Shown here in pieces: positions 49,756 through 59,043 of a stretch of 64,000 nt of DNA; within the stretch, counting starts at the first letter, position 1; each line of letters starts with the position of its first letter. The position numbers were made by a program, and so were the translations under genes. The notes below the pieces were generated by a model. It did no database searches, had not been told where the DNA came from, and saw only the letters and a program-made list of their open reading frames with translations. The stretch covers positions 4,739-68,738 of the forward strand of contig JAYTHU010000031.1 in the NCBI GenBank assembly GCA_043732305.1, in the 5' to 3' direction. This DNA comes from Oligoflexia bacterium (GTDB lineage: Bacteria > Bdellovibrionota > Bdellovibrionia > JABDDW01).

Positions 49756-50439
49756 CTAAAAATGATAAATTCCCAAGAAAACCAGTCCACCGAGTAGCGC
49801 AAATGCTGCTCCCCGTTTGCCAGCTGCAGAAATAGGCAGAAGCTGTGAAAACGTGATGTACACAAGAATCCCGCCTGAAATGGGCAAGAGATACTCCTGC
49901 CATTGCGAGAAAATCGAAGGAGCAAGCAATCCCAAACCTAATGCAGATAGCACGATTCCTAAAGACATGAGAGCTCGCCAAACTGTGGCTCCAGCGGCTA
50001 ATGCGACCCCGAAAACAATCAATGATTCAGGGATGAGATGGAAAATTTGCCCAATTAAAACTTTTTGTCCCAAACCTGTGCTCGATAGAAAAGTAGTTCG
50101 AATGGCCACTCCGTCAAACAGCGCACAGAAAGTAAGACAACCAACCGTCGAACAGGCCGCAGCGACATCCAGCAAAGGCGCATGCGAATGCCCATGACCG
50201 TGGTCATGCGAATGATCATGATGAGAACAAGAATCTACACTGGTATTTAAAAAATTGAGATGAGGGGAAACAAATCGATCGAAGATAAATACTAAAACAA
50301 CGCCCGCCAGGATCCACGGCGAGCGATTTTTTACTGTAGGAATGAGATCGATGAAAATCAGCGCGGATAAGTAGCCCGTGCCGAATGCCATCATGGACCT
50401 TAATATTTTATTTGATGCTAGGCTTTTTTCGCTTTTCAA
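49756..50439 (-). CDS. zupT: ZIP-family zinc transporter with His-rich loop
   Basis: Polytopic membrane protein with loop CSHHDHSHDHGHGHSHAP. Conserved ZIP TM motifs (HLIPESLIVFG...). The start may be MMAFGTGYL at 50394. Confidence 0.7.
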   Translation of the reverse strand: MKSEKSLASNKILRSMMAFGTGYLSALIFIDLIPTVKNRSPWILAGVVLVFIFDRFVSPHLNFLNTSVDSCSHHDHSHDHGHGHSHAPLLDVAAACSTVGCLTFCALFDGVAIRTTFLSSTGLGQKVLIGQIFHLIPESLIVFGVALAAGATVWRALMSLGIVLSALGLGLLAPSIFSQWQEYLLPISGGILVYITFSQLLPISAAGKRGAAFALLGGLVFLGIYHF

Positions 50440-50701
50440 GACTTCTCTTTATTTTCACCAAGCGCGCGGAGAGATTTTCTTCACGAGCTTTGAAAATGGC
50501 ATTGGCAATTCCGCCCTGCTTTTGAATTGTCTTGATTCCGTTAGCAGAAATCTTCAAAGTGATCGAACGCCCGATCTCTTCAATGATATATCTCTTGTGA
50601 GTGATATTTGGCAGCCAACGCGTTCTATTTTTATTGTTCGCGTGACTGACCAAGTTTCCTGATCTGGGACCGATACCGGTAAGTTCACAAAATTGAGACA
50701 T
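50408..50701 (-). CDS. rpmB: 50S ribosomal protein L28
   Basis: [33 protein letters not shown]...ISANGIKTI aligns with E. coli L28 along its length. Confidence 0.8.
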   Translation of the reverse strand: MSQFCELTGIGPRSGNLVSHANNKNRTRWLPNITHKRYIIEEIGRSITLKISANGIKTIQKQGGIANAIFKAREENLSARLVKIKRSLEKRKKPSIK

Positions 50702-51255
50702 TATTCAGCTCCTCGTTGATGACCACCACCGAAACCACCACCGCCGTGTCCACCACGGTCTCCACGATCGCCTCTATCATGCCCGCCGCCAAATCCACCG
50801 CCGCCGCCACGATCAAAACCGCCGCCACCGCCGCGATCTCCACCGTCACGGCCGCCGCCGAAACCGCCGCGACTTCCGCGATCACGATAGCTGCTTTGTT
50901 GTTCTTCGTAGTTGATATATTTTGTTCCAACAGGAAGAAGTGCAAGTGTGCGAGCACGTTTAATGTGCACTTTTAATGATCTTTGTTGTTTAGCACTCAG
51001 TCGGCTCACACGAGCAGGAATAATTTTTCCATGTTCGGTAACAAACGGTCTGAGACTTTCAGGATCTTTGTAATCGAAAACCAAATCGACTGCGGGACGT
51101 GGTCGTCCTCGGCGTCCTCCGCCTCGGAATCCTCCGCCTTTTTCATCGCCACCGTCACGGCCGCCACCATCGCGTCCGCCACCGTCACGACCACCAGCAC
51201 TTCGGTCAGAACCGTGTGCGCCTCTTGAATCTCTAGTTTCTCTTTGTTCTCTCAT
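50701..51255 (-). CDS. rpsR: 30S ribosomal protein S18 with Gly/Arg-rich (RGG-type) N- and C-terminal extensions
   Basis: Core [53 protein letters not shown] is S18. About 50 aa of GGRDGGG repeats precede it and ~65 aa of [18 protein letters not shown] repeats follow. The shadow ORFs here are repeat artefacts. Confidence 0.75.
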   Translation of the reverse strand: MREQRETRDSRGAHGSDRSAGGRDGGGRDGGGRDGGDEKGGGFRGGGRRGRPRPAVDLVFDYKDPESLRPFVTEHGKIIPARVSRLSAKQQRSLKVHIKRARTLALLPVGTKYINYEEQQSSYRDRGSRGGFGGGRDGGDRGGGGGFDRGGGGGFGGGHDRGDRGDRGGHGGGGFGGGHQRGAE

Positions 51256-51266
51256 TTAAAAAATCC

Positions 51267-51434
51267 TCACTTAATTTCTTTGTGCAAAGTATGTCTTCGC
51301 AGGAACGGATTGAACTTCATTTTCTGAAGGCGATCCGGTGTCTTAGTTTTGTTTTTTGATGTGGAGTAACGAGAGGGCGGTTTGCCTTCTTTACGTGCTT
51401 CTGTGCATTCCAATGTGATTAGAACTCGTGCCAT
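51267..51434 (-). CDS. rpmG: 50S ribosomal protein L33 (Cys-poor, zinc-independent type), not in ORF track (<60 aa)
   Basis: Reverse translation gives [55 protein letters not shown], colinear with L33 (...[31 protein letters not shown]). It has a single Cys and lacks a CxxC pair. Confidence 0.75.
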   Translation of the reverse strand: MARVLITLECTEARKEGKPPSRYSTSKNKTKTPDRLQKMKFNPFLRRHTLHKEIK

Positions 51435-51533
51435 AAAATAAACCTTTCTTGATCTTTATCTGAGCGCTTGAAATTACCCCTACTCCCCGCTATTTTGCAA
51501 CTGTAAATATTTAAATAATAAGGGAGCGGTTCA

Positions 51534-52865
51534 TTGACTCAATCATCACACACACCAAACGCATCAAAACTTCTGATTAAAAACTGTGATCTTTGGACAA
51601 CGTCAGAGGTGAAAGTCGCTCAAGACATCATCGTTCACGATGGAAAAATCGTCGATATTTATCCATCTTCGATCTCAAACGGTGAAAATTTTCATGATCA
51701 CGTCGTGTATGAACCCAAGGACGCATTGATTCACCCACTTGGCGTTGACCCTCAAGCCCACTTGCGTGTTCCAGGTCAGAGTCAGAAGGAAACAGCCGAG
51801 ACCGGTATCAAAGCAGCGCTTCGCGGGGGTTACGGGGCTCTTCTCACCATGCCAAACACTCAGCCTGTAATTGATACTCCGGAAATTTGTGACATCGCCA
51901 TGAAAGAACTTAAACCCTGGATGGACAAACTCGGGGTGAATGTCTATTTGTCTGCCGCCATGACAGTGGGGCAAAACGGAAAAATGCCAGTCGAAGGACT
52001 CTCGCTTAAAAAATGGGGCGTGAAAGCACTGACTGATGACGGGAAAGGCCTGGCCTCTGACGAACTCATGGAAAAACTTTTTCAAATTTCAGAGCAGACA
52101 GGTCTTCCTTTGCTTCAGCACGCAGAATTTCCTGGTCACGGAGGTGTTCTTGCTCCGGGGAGCGTGCAAAAGAAACTTGGCGTGAAGCCCTATTTTGCTG
52201 ATCCTGAAGTTGAAATGGTAAAAAGAGACATCGCGCTATTGAGAAAACATCCAAAAGCGCATTATCACGTGCTTCACGTCTCAAGCGCGCAGACAATTGA
52301 ACTTGTAGCCCAGGCTAAAAAAGAAGGATTGCCCATCACTTGTGAAGTTTGCCCTCACCATCTTTTATTCACCACAGAAGACATCCGTGAAAACGATAGC
52401 TCGTTTAAGATGAATCCACCTCTGAGATCAGCCAACGACCGCAAAGTTTTACAGCAGGGTTTAGATGAAGGAATTATTGATTTTGTTTCGACTGATCATG
52501 CTCCGCACGAGGCATCATTAAAAACTCGCGAATTCACTTCTGCGGCCTTCGGAACAACGGGACTGGAAACTGCGCTGAGGGCATTGCTGTTTTTAGAAAG
52601 CGAAAATCTACTCTCGAAGAAAAGAGTGGTTGAAACGTTCTCTCACCGCCCGGCCATGTTTTTGAAAATTGAGAATGAGATCAGTCAACTTTCTAAGGGA
52701 GATTTTTTTCATGCAGTGATTGTCGAAAATAAATCCAAGGCCACTAAAATAGAAAAAGCTGATCTAGCCAGCCTTTCTTCGAACAATTGTTTCCTAGAAT
52801 TTGCAATGCCCGGGAAAATCACTAGGGTCTACAATAGAAAAGGCCAATTTGATTTCTCAAATTGA
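51534..52865 (+). CDS. dihydroorotase-like cyclic amidohydrolase (PyrC paralogue-like) with altered first metal-site motif
   Basis: Amidohydrolase fold with STDHAPH and HVLHVSS blocks. The canonical N-terminal D.H.H motif reads DPQAH. TTG start at 51534. Confidence 0.6.
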   Translation: MTQSSHTPNASKLLIKNCDLWTTSEVKVAQDIIVHDGKIVDIYPSSISNGENFHDHVVYEPKDALIHPLGVDPQAHLRVPGQSQKETAETGIKAALRGGYGALLTMPNTQPVIDTPEICDIAMKELKPWMDKLGVNVYLSAAMTVGQNGKMPVEGLSLKKWGVKALTDDGKGLASDELMEKLFQISEQTGLPLLQHAEFPGHGGVLAPGSVQKKLGVKPYFADPEVEMVKRDIALLRKHPKAHYHVLHVSSAQTIELVAQAKKEGLPITCEVCPHHLLFTTEDIRENDSSFKMNPPLRSANDRKVLQQGLDEGIIDFVSTDHAPHEASLKTREFTSAAFGTTGLETALRALLFLESENLLSKKRVVETFSHRPAMFLKIENEISQLSKGDFFHAVIVENKSKATKIEKADLASLSSNNCFLEFAMPGKITRVYNRKGQFDFSN

Positions 52866-52899
52866 CCTTCTAATTTCCCTCTTAGACTGAGAGGATGAA

Positions 52900-53205
52900 C
52901 TACCAGCTGGCTTTTGTTACGCCAGGCAAGAGACCTTTGAGGGCCATCTGTCTGAACGTCAAGCGAGACAATTCAAATTTCTTGTAAACCGCACGTGGGC
53001 GGCCAGTCACTCGGCAACGATTACGAATTCTGTTTTCACAGGAATTTCGTGGCAGAGCTTCGAGTTTACGTCGAGCTTCAGATCGGTCTTCAGGAGACAA
53101 TTTGATACTCTTAGCAAGAGCACGCAGTTCCTGTCGGACTTCACGATACTGTTCAGTCACTCGTTTTTTTCGGTCATTGTTCGCAATTTTTGATAATTTA
53201 GCCAT
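52900..53205 (-). CDS. rpsN: 30S ribosomal protein S14 (long, Cys-poor form), stand-alone
   Basis: ...[51 protein letters not shown] is colinear with E. coli S14 (101 aa). It has only two Cys and is not inside an S10/spc operon context. Confidence 0.75.
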   Translation of the reverse strand: MAKLSKIANNDRKKRVTEQYREVRQELRALAKSIKLSPEDRSEARRKLEALPRNSCENRIRNRCRVTGRPRAVYKKFELSRLTFRQMALKGLLPGVTKASW

Positions 53206-53351
53206 CGAGTTAAAACTCCATTTGTTTTTAAATTCGCTCCAAACTACTTCAGGACGAATTCTTTTTCAATACATTTGTTTTTGGCCCTGCTATTGCATTA
53301 GAAAGCTAACAAAACACAACAACATGCTCTCCAAAGGATTAAGGGATAGGA

Positions 53352-54014
53352 ATGAAGCCATTCGTAATAGTATTTAGTCTGCTACTGGCTGGTTTCACAT
53401 CAACGGCGCTCTCAAAAGTAACGGAAACTGACTATGCTTCGGCTTTCGATGCATTGAAGACATTTAGTGAAAGACCCGGCCGCGGGCCCTATGAATCTTG
53501 GGAAAAGCTTGAGGCCAACCTGGCAAAATCATTTGTTGTCATCAAAGAGCCAGAAACAGACATTCAACCGTATAATTTTGTTGTCTACTCGCCCTTTGAT
53601 CTTCCAACTAAGTTCGGTGCAGCCGCTCACACTTTTGTATTAAGGCGCACCAAAGCTTCTCGCTTTCAGGTTCTCGTTTCAAGGAATGAAGACCTGACTC
53701 TCTCAAGTTCGCTTGTTCCCACATTGTTTGAAGAGAATGAAAAATCAAATCCGATAGTGCGAGACGTTGTCATTTCACGTTTTAAGTTTGAAAACGAAAC
53801 TTCGCTTCAAGAATTCTTAAACAAATGGAAAAATGCTCGCTCTGCTTACGTCGGAGATGGGTCAGTTCGCTACCCCCAACAAGCCAGAGCAATTAGATCA
53901 ATATTTACCGAAGCTTTTCCGTATATCTGGCTGAAAGAAAAATTTGCCTCTGGGAAATCATGTTTGAATCGACTCAAAAATGTGACTGACGGAAATCAGC
54001 CTCTGAGGAAGTGA
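53352..54014 (+). CDS. hypothetical secreted protein
   Basis: Signal peptide MKPFVIVFSLLLAGFTSTALS. No domain recognised. Confidence 0.4.
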   Translation: MKPFVIVFSLLLAGFTSTALSKVTETDYASAFDALKTFSERPGRGPYESWEKLEANLAKSFVVIKEPETDIQPYNFVVYSPFDLPTKFGAAAHTFVLRRTKASRFQVLVSRNEDLTLSSSLVPTLFEENEKSNPIVRDVVISRFKFENETSLQEFLNKWKNARSAYVGDGSVRYPQQARAIRSIFTEAFPYIWLKEKFASGKSCLNRLKNVTDGNQPLRK

Positions 54015-54484
54015 CAAGTGTAACCACCAGGATTTTTCTGCAGGTAATCCTGGTGATAGGTTTCGGCAGAATAAAACTGTTCGGCGGGAATAATTTCAGT
54101 CACAATCGGCCTTGACCAGCGTCCGGAATCTTGAACTTCTTTCTTTTTATTTTCGGCGACGGTTTTCTGATCTTCGTTTTGGTAAAAAATTATTGAACGA
54201 TATTGTGAGCCCATGTCATTGCCCTGTTGATTCTTGGTAGTGGGGTCATGCATGCGGAAGAAAAAATCTAAGATTGCTTCAAATTTAGTTTGCGTGGGAT
54301 CAAACTCTATTTCAATAGATTCGGCGTGACCGGTTTTCCCAGTCTTGACTTCTTCATAGCGGGGATACTTTGTGGTTCCGCCGCAATAGCCAACCTCAGT
54401 TTCAATCACTCCAGGGATTTTTCGAATGATATCTTCCATCCCCCAGAAGCATCCACCGGCTAAAACAGCAACTTCAGTTTTCAT
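53996..54484 (-). CDS. msrA: peptide methionine sulfoxide reductase MsrA
   Basis: GGCFWG active-site motif and HDPT, YHQDY blocks. Confidence 0.85.
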   Translation of the reverse strand: MKTEVAVLAGGCFWGMEDIIRKIPGVIETEVGYCGGTTKYPRYEEVKTGKTGHAESIEIEFDPTQTKFEAILDFFFRMHDPTTKNQQGNDMGSQYRSIIFYQNEDQKTVAENKKKEVQDSGRWSRPIVTEIIPAEQFYSAETYHQDYLQKNPGGYTCHFLRG

Positions 54485-55436
54485 TTTTTCTGCTCTCCAA
54501 AAATCTTTTTCTACAGGGACTGATGAAACTCAAAACTGATTCTTGAGAATTCATATGACCCAAAAGTTCTCTCAGAGAATGTGGCGGATGAAAATAAAAG
54601 TCAAAATGATTCCATAAAGCTTTGAGAACAGGCTGCATTTCGTGAGCTACTGGGCGGTAATCGACGGACTTTCCTTTTACAAACACAAAGCTATTGGTGA
54701 TTTCTGACTCTAGAGGAATGTCCAAATTCAGACCGTAAGAATAAGCTAAAAAATTTCTTGGACTCTCATTGTATAGGCGAGTGTAGAAACGTTCACTGTC
54801 CACGCATGAGTTTCGTCCAAAATCAAACATGTTCTGGATCAAAATGTTTTTGACGTTTTCTAAAAGAGTTCCAAAAACTTCTTCGTGATAATAGGCAAAG
54901 ATCTCAGACATCAACACTCGGAGATCGCTCGATGACAACTCCGGGGCGATTCTTTTTGAAATGACATATGCTGTTTTAAAAAGTGCGTTGTAGAGTTCAA
55001 AATCCACAGGATTGCGCTGCTTCTTCACAAACATTTCAAATTCAGCGTGCGCCATCTCGTGAAAAACCAACCCTTGGGCAACCATCGCACTTATATCGTG
55101 CTGATCGCGAGCTTCGCCTAAAGTTTTTAATCTCATTCCGCTAGATTCGTGAACCAAACTATTTTCTCTGATCTTGAGGACGTTTGTCCAATCGTTGTAA
55201 GTCGCAGCTCCATCTGGAGTCAAAAATTGATCGATCACACCGAGTGCACTGAGATGGACGTGGCTAGCTACCAAATCAAAGTGATCCATGTTTAATCCAA
55301 GGTATTTGGAAATGTCGGCAGAATATTTGGTGGTGCTGCTTGCTTGCACTCGACAGGGAAAAAATCCAAGAGAAATGAAAACGACTAAAATCAACATGCC
55401 TACAGAATGTAGGCGCCCCTTTAAGAACGATCGCAT
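54474..55436 (-). CDS. secreted HExxH-motif protein (putative zinc-dependent hydrolase)
   Basis: Signal peptide. LVFHEMAHAEFEMF contains HEMAH. No further family assignment. Confidence 0.4.
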   Translation of the reverse strand: MRSFLKGRLHSVGMLILVVFISLGFFPCRVQASSTTKYSADISKYLGLNMDHFDLVASHVHLSALGVIDQFLTPDGAATYNDWTNVLKIRENSLVHESSGMRLKTLGEARDQHDISAMVAQGLVFHEMAHAEFEMFVKKQRNPVDFELYNALFKTAYVISKRIAPELSSSDLRVLMSEIFAYYHEEVFGTLLENVKNILIQNMFDFGRNSCVDSERFYTRLYNESPRNFLAYSYGLNLDIPLESEITNSFVFVKGKSVDYRPVAHEMQPVLKALWNHFDFYFHPPHSLRELLGHMNSQESVLSFISPCRKRFLESRKNEN

Positions 55437-55473
55437 AATATTACCCCCCGGTAAATGTCAGGCAGAGCCTATG

Positions 55474-56826
55474 TCAGGGGGTCTTTTGCACGCAAGCGAG
55501 AAATGATTTCTTATGAGAATCTTCATTCATTTGGCACAGGCTTATGACTTGACCTTTTTGATCATGGATACGCACTTTCCATTCTCCTTGGGTCACGAGG
55601 TCAATAGTCAAATAACCAAAACTGTCAAAGCTGACAAAATCAGGATCTTCTTTTGGAAATTTATCCAGAGCCGTGCCGCTCGCACCAACTATAAATTCAA
55701 GGGGACGATTGTCGTTGAATCTATTTAAACTCAAAATGTGGATGTGGCCGGCAATGACAACTCCGACATCCATGTTTTTTGGTATTTTAGTTTTAATTTT
55801 ATTTTTTATTAATTTGGTTTCAGTTAAAAACGGTCGATGAGTTAAAATCCATAGTTTTTGATTTTCTAAAGTTTTATTTTTAGAAAGAATATCTAAACTT
55901 CTTTGAATGTTTGTTTCATCAGTGGCATCGATCACGGCTAAAACCACAGAGCCCATGGGGATCAAGTAAGGATCAATATTGTTCACACAGTTTGCAGTGT
56001 AAGGATGGGGATCTAAGAATCTCATCCAACCTTCTTTTGAGCGATTGCAATCCTCATGATTGCCACGTACAAAAATAAAGGGAGCCGTCTTTAACAAAGG
56101 ATCAGCGGGCAAAATAAAATCTTCCATCCAACTGTTAGCCACATCACCTGAAGTGATGCCTTGGCATTCGGGATGTCCTACAGGACAAGCCGATTCTCGG
56201 TAATGATAATCCCCCACATGAATCACAAGCTCAGGATTCTCTTGCGCCATTGAGTTCGCTAAGCTTGCAAAGGGCCAAGAATTCTTATCTCCACAACCTT
56301 GAATCGCGGCACCTTTTTCATTCACCTTCACTCGACAGCCAGTGTCACCCATAACGGCGATTCTTGTGATTCGAGACTTTGGTAAAGGGATCTTATCAAA
56401 ATCCAATATGTAACTTGGTACCTCACTTATAGGAACAGTGGCTTCATTTGGATTTTTTTCCGTCGTCCAAACACCTGATGGCTTTCTCTTGAGGCCCAGT
56501 TCACAAATTTGACTTGGGAAAGTCTTGGTAATAGCGGCTCGTCCATAAAGGGGAATAGAGCTAGACCCAACTTTTAGTGCAGGGCAGGTTCCACCGCCCT
56601 CGCTTATGGTCCTTAAAATTGCATTTCCCCTGATTCCTTCTTCAACCCAATAATAAGGCGCGCCTTCATTGTAAACGAGGCCACTCTTCTTTTTGACAGC
56701 CGGATTTGCGAATGGTGCCTTTGCAACTTCAGCGGATTGACATGCCGTGAGAAAGACGGCAGAAAAAATAATTGAAACAAAATTTAGTTTGGAAAGTTTG
56801 ATTTTCATATGAAATGATAAAACCAT
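55474..56826 (-). CDS. calcineurin-like metallophosphoesterase lipoprotein
   Basis: Lipobox LTAC. Metallophosphatase motifs GDTG, GDYHY, GNHE and GHIH in canonical order. Confidence 0.65.
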   Translation of the reverse strand: MVLSFHMKIKLSKLNFVSIIFSAVFLTACQSAEVAKAPFANPAVKKKSGLVYNEGAPYYWVEEGIRGNAILRTISEGGGTCPALKVGSSSIPLYGRAAITKTFPSQICELGLKRKPSGVWTTEKNPNEATVPISEVPSYILDFDKIPLPKSRITRIAVMGDTGCRVKVNEKGAAIQGCGDKNSWPFASLANSMAQENPELVIHVGDYHYRESACPVGHPECQGITSGDVANSWMEDFILPADPLLKTAPFIFVRGNHEDCNRSKEGWMRFLDPHPYTANCVNNIDPYLIPMGSVVLAVIDATDETNIQRSLDILSKNKTLENQKLWILTHRPFLTETKLIKNKIKTKIPKNMDVGVVIAGHIHILSLNRFNDNRPLEFIVGASGTALDKFPKEDPDFVSFDSFGYLTIDLVTQGEWKVRIHDQKGQVISLCQMNEDSHKKSFLACVQKTP

Positions 56827-56838
56827 AAAGGGGGCTTC

Positions 56839-57216
56839 ATGAATAGAAAAATTTTAGTTGCTAGTCCAATCGCTGCGATTGCATTTTTGAATCTATTTTC
56901 AATTTTTATTTGCGGTTTTATTTCCTCCAACTCTAGTGCGTCAACACTGAGTTGCACGAGTGTTTCCCAAGGGAAACTTGGTGGTCAGGACGTAGAAGTT
57001 AAAACTGGATTTGCTCAAGTCGAGTTCACCGATAAAGGTGTAAAATTTAAAGCCGACGTTGCAGAGGGCCACATTAATACGGTGTCGATTGAAAACCTAG
57101 CCACAAGCGTCAGCACTCTCGCTTATTCAAGTGATGGCGAAGCTAAAACGCTTTCAACACAAATGCGCGTCCATGACAGCCTATTTGCGGGACTCGATTG
57201 CGACCTCGTCAATTAA
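56839..57216 (+). CDS. small hypothetical secreted protein
   Basis: Signal peptide. 125 aa. No domain. Confidence 0.35.
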   Translation: MNRKILVASPIAAIAFLNLFSIFICGFISSNSSASTLSCTSVSQGKLGGQDVEVKTGFAQVEFTDKGVKFKADVAEGHINTVSIENLATSVSTLAYSSDGEAKTLSTQMRVHDSLFAGLDCDLVN

Positions 57217-57305
57217 ATTACCAGGAGACTCTAAATATTCATAAGCTGGTCCTAAGTCTCATTAATTTCAGTAAAACTTCGCGTTTGCAAAGCCGATATA
57301 AACTC

Positions 57306-59009
57306 ATGCCATTAAAAAGTCACGAGCTAGCAAAAGTCCGAGTCCGCATGCTCTATCAGCAAAATACGATAACGGAATTCAGTGCACTCTTCGTTGCAGC
57401 AGTGTACTTCTCCGCCTATCGCACGGTCGTCCCAAAAACGTTACTCATTGCTTGGTCTATGGAATTTGTAGCGCTGTCTATCATTAGGGTTGTTATTTCC
57501 CTTAGATTTTTGAGAAAAATAATTCACGAAGGAAAGGATTTCGATCCGGTTTATTGGGAAAGACTTTTTTGTGTTGGAGTTTTTCTTTCAGGCTTATCCT
57601 GGGGAATTGCTGGCTCTGTTTTACTTCCGGAATCATTTACTCATCAGGTCATGATGGGCTGTATGCTTTCAGGAATTACCGCAGCCGCCTCCATTGCATT
57701 TTGCTCATCTTCAATGGCGGCACAAATATTCCTTTTCACTTGTCTTACTCCTTACATTCTAACTCTCTTTTTTTCAAAATTTACCATGGGACATGAATTA
57801 GTTGCGGTGGCCCTAAGCTACCTCGTGATCTTTAGTATTTTATCTTTAAGGGTAAACAAGTTCGCTCTGTCGACATTTTCGCTCGGCTATGAAAAAGATC
57901 GATTGATTGAGGAAATTAAAAGCAGTAAGGAAGCTTTAGATCTAGCACAAGCCATTGCCCATGTAGGCAACGCAGTCATTAAACCCAAAACAGACACAAT
58001 CACGTGGTCTGATGAAATATTTCGCATACTTGAACTAGATCCCAAAATCGATAAACCAAGTTCAGAACTTTACTATTCCCTTGTGCATCCCGACGATGTT
58101 CATGACGCAAGAAGCAGCATCGCAGATTCCATAAAAACAAAAACTTCCCGCGCAAAGGACAGAAGAATCATAACGAGATCCGGAAACCTCAAGCATATCT
58201 CAACAAAAATAGCGATTAGTACGAATGTCGCCGGCGAAGTCACCACCATCAATATTGTTGTGCACGACATCACAGACAGAAAAAAAGCGGAGATAGTTCT
58301 AGCGCAAAATTATAAAATGTCCGCACTTGGTGAAATGGCGGGAGGCATAGCGCATGAGATCAACACTCCCCTCGCAATTGTTGCTGGTAAGATCGATCAG
58401 CTCAAAGATATGCTCATGAGGCCTTCCCTGGATTTAGAAAAAGCTATTCAGTGGTCAGATAAAATCAAAACAACTATCACGCGGATGGCAAAAATCACTC
58501 AAAGCTTAAAAACATTCTCAAAAGATGCTGATGAAGATTCGTTTGAAAACACCAAACTAACTGATGTTGTCACCGAAAGCACAAACCTTTATTTGAATAA
58601 ACTAAAAGAAAACGGCATAAAATTCTCGATTGAAATTCCAGTAAATATGGAATTAGAATGTCGATCTATTCAACTGTGTCAGGTTATATTTAGCTTGATC
58701 TTGAATTCCATTGACGCCATTCGAGAACTTCCGATCAAGTGGATTAAAATTACGGCGCAAGACATTGGCTCTGAAATTAGATTTTCCGTCATTGATAGCG
58801 GAACTGGGATTAAAGAAGAGCTCAGAAATAAAATCATGCAGCCATTTTTTACTACCAAGGAAATTGGTAAAGGCATGGGATTGGGCTTAAGCGTTTCCAG
58901 AGGAATGATTGAAAGTCATTGCGGTCGTATTGAAATCGATCCAACCAATCATCACACCTGCTTCACAATCACACTTCCAAAAAAGCAAAATAGAAAACTC
59001 GCCGCCTGA
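57306..59009 (+). CDS. membrane sensor histidine kinase (polytopic N-terminal sensor + PAS-like + HisKA + HATPase_c)
   Basis: 6-7 TM N-terminal region, H-box AHEINTPLAIV, then N, G1 (DSGTGI) and G2 (GKGMGLGLS) boxes. Start chosen at the internal Met of ORF 57198. Confidence 0.75.
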   Translation: MPLKSHELAKVRVRMLYQQNTITEFSALFVAAVYFSAYRTVVPKTLLIAWSMEFVALSIIRVVISLRFLRKIIHEGKDFDPVYWERLFCVGVFLSGLSWGIAGSVLLPESFTHQVMMGCMLSGITAAASIAFCSSSMAAQIFLFTCLTPYILTLFFSKFTMGHELVAVALSYLVIFSILSLRVNKFALSTFSLGYEKDRLIEEIKSSKEALDLAQAIAHVGNAVIKPKTDTITWSDEIFRILELDPKIDKPSSELYYSLVHPDDVHDARSSIADSIKTKTSRAKDRRIITRSGNLKHISTKIAISTNVAGEVTTINIVVHDITDRKKAEIVLAQNYKMSALGEMAGGIAHEINTPLAIVAGKIDQLKDMLMRPSLDLEKAIQWSDKIKTTITRMAKITQSLKTFSKDADEDSFENTKLTDVVTESTNLYLNKLKENGIKFSIEIPVNMELECRSIQLCQVIFSLILNSIDAIRELPIKWIKITAQDIGSEIRFSVIDSGTGIKEELRNKIMQPFFTTKEIGKGMGLGLSVSRGMIESHCGRIEIDPTNHHTCFTITLPKKQNRKLAA

Positions 59010-59043
59010 GAATTAGTAATACAAAGCGTGGAGGAATTTTCTT

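Noticed and set aside
50685-51228. Regularly repeating GGC/GCC-rich DNA producing ORFs on both strands (50716-50976 +, 50983-51228 +, 50685-50957 -, 51006-51200 -). I considered a CRISPR array, a simple-sequence repeat or separate genes.
   Set aside because: There are no spacer/repeat alternations of fixed length. The repeats are codon-phased Gly/Arg/Asp repeats inside the S18 reading frame, and the other frames are shadow ORFs of the same repeat.
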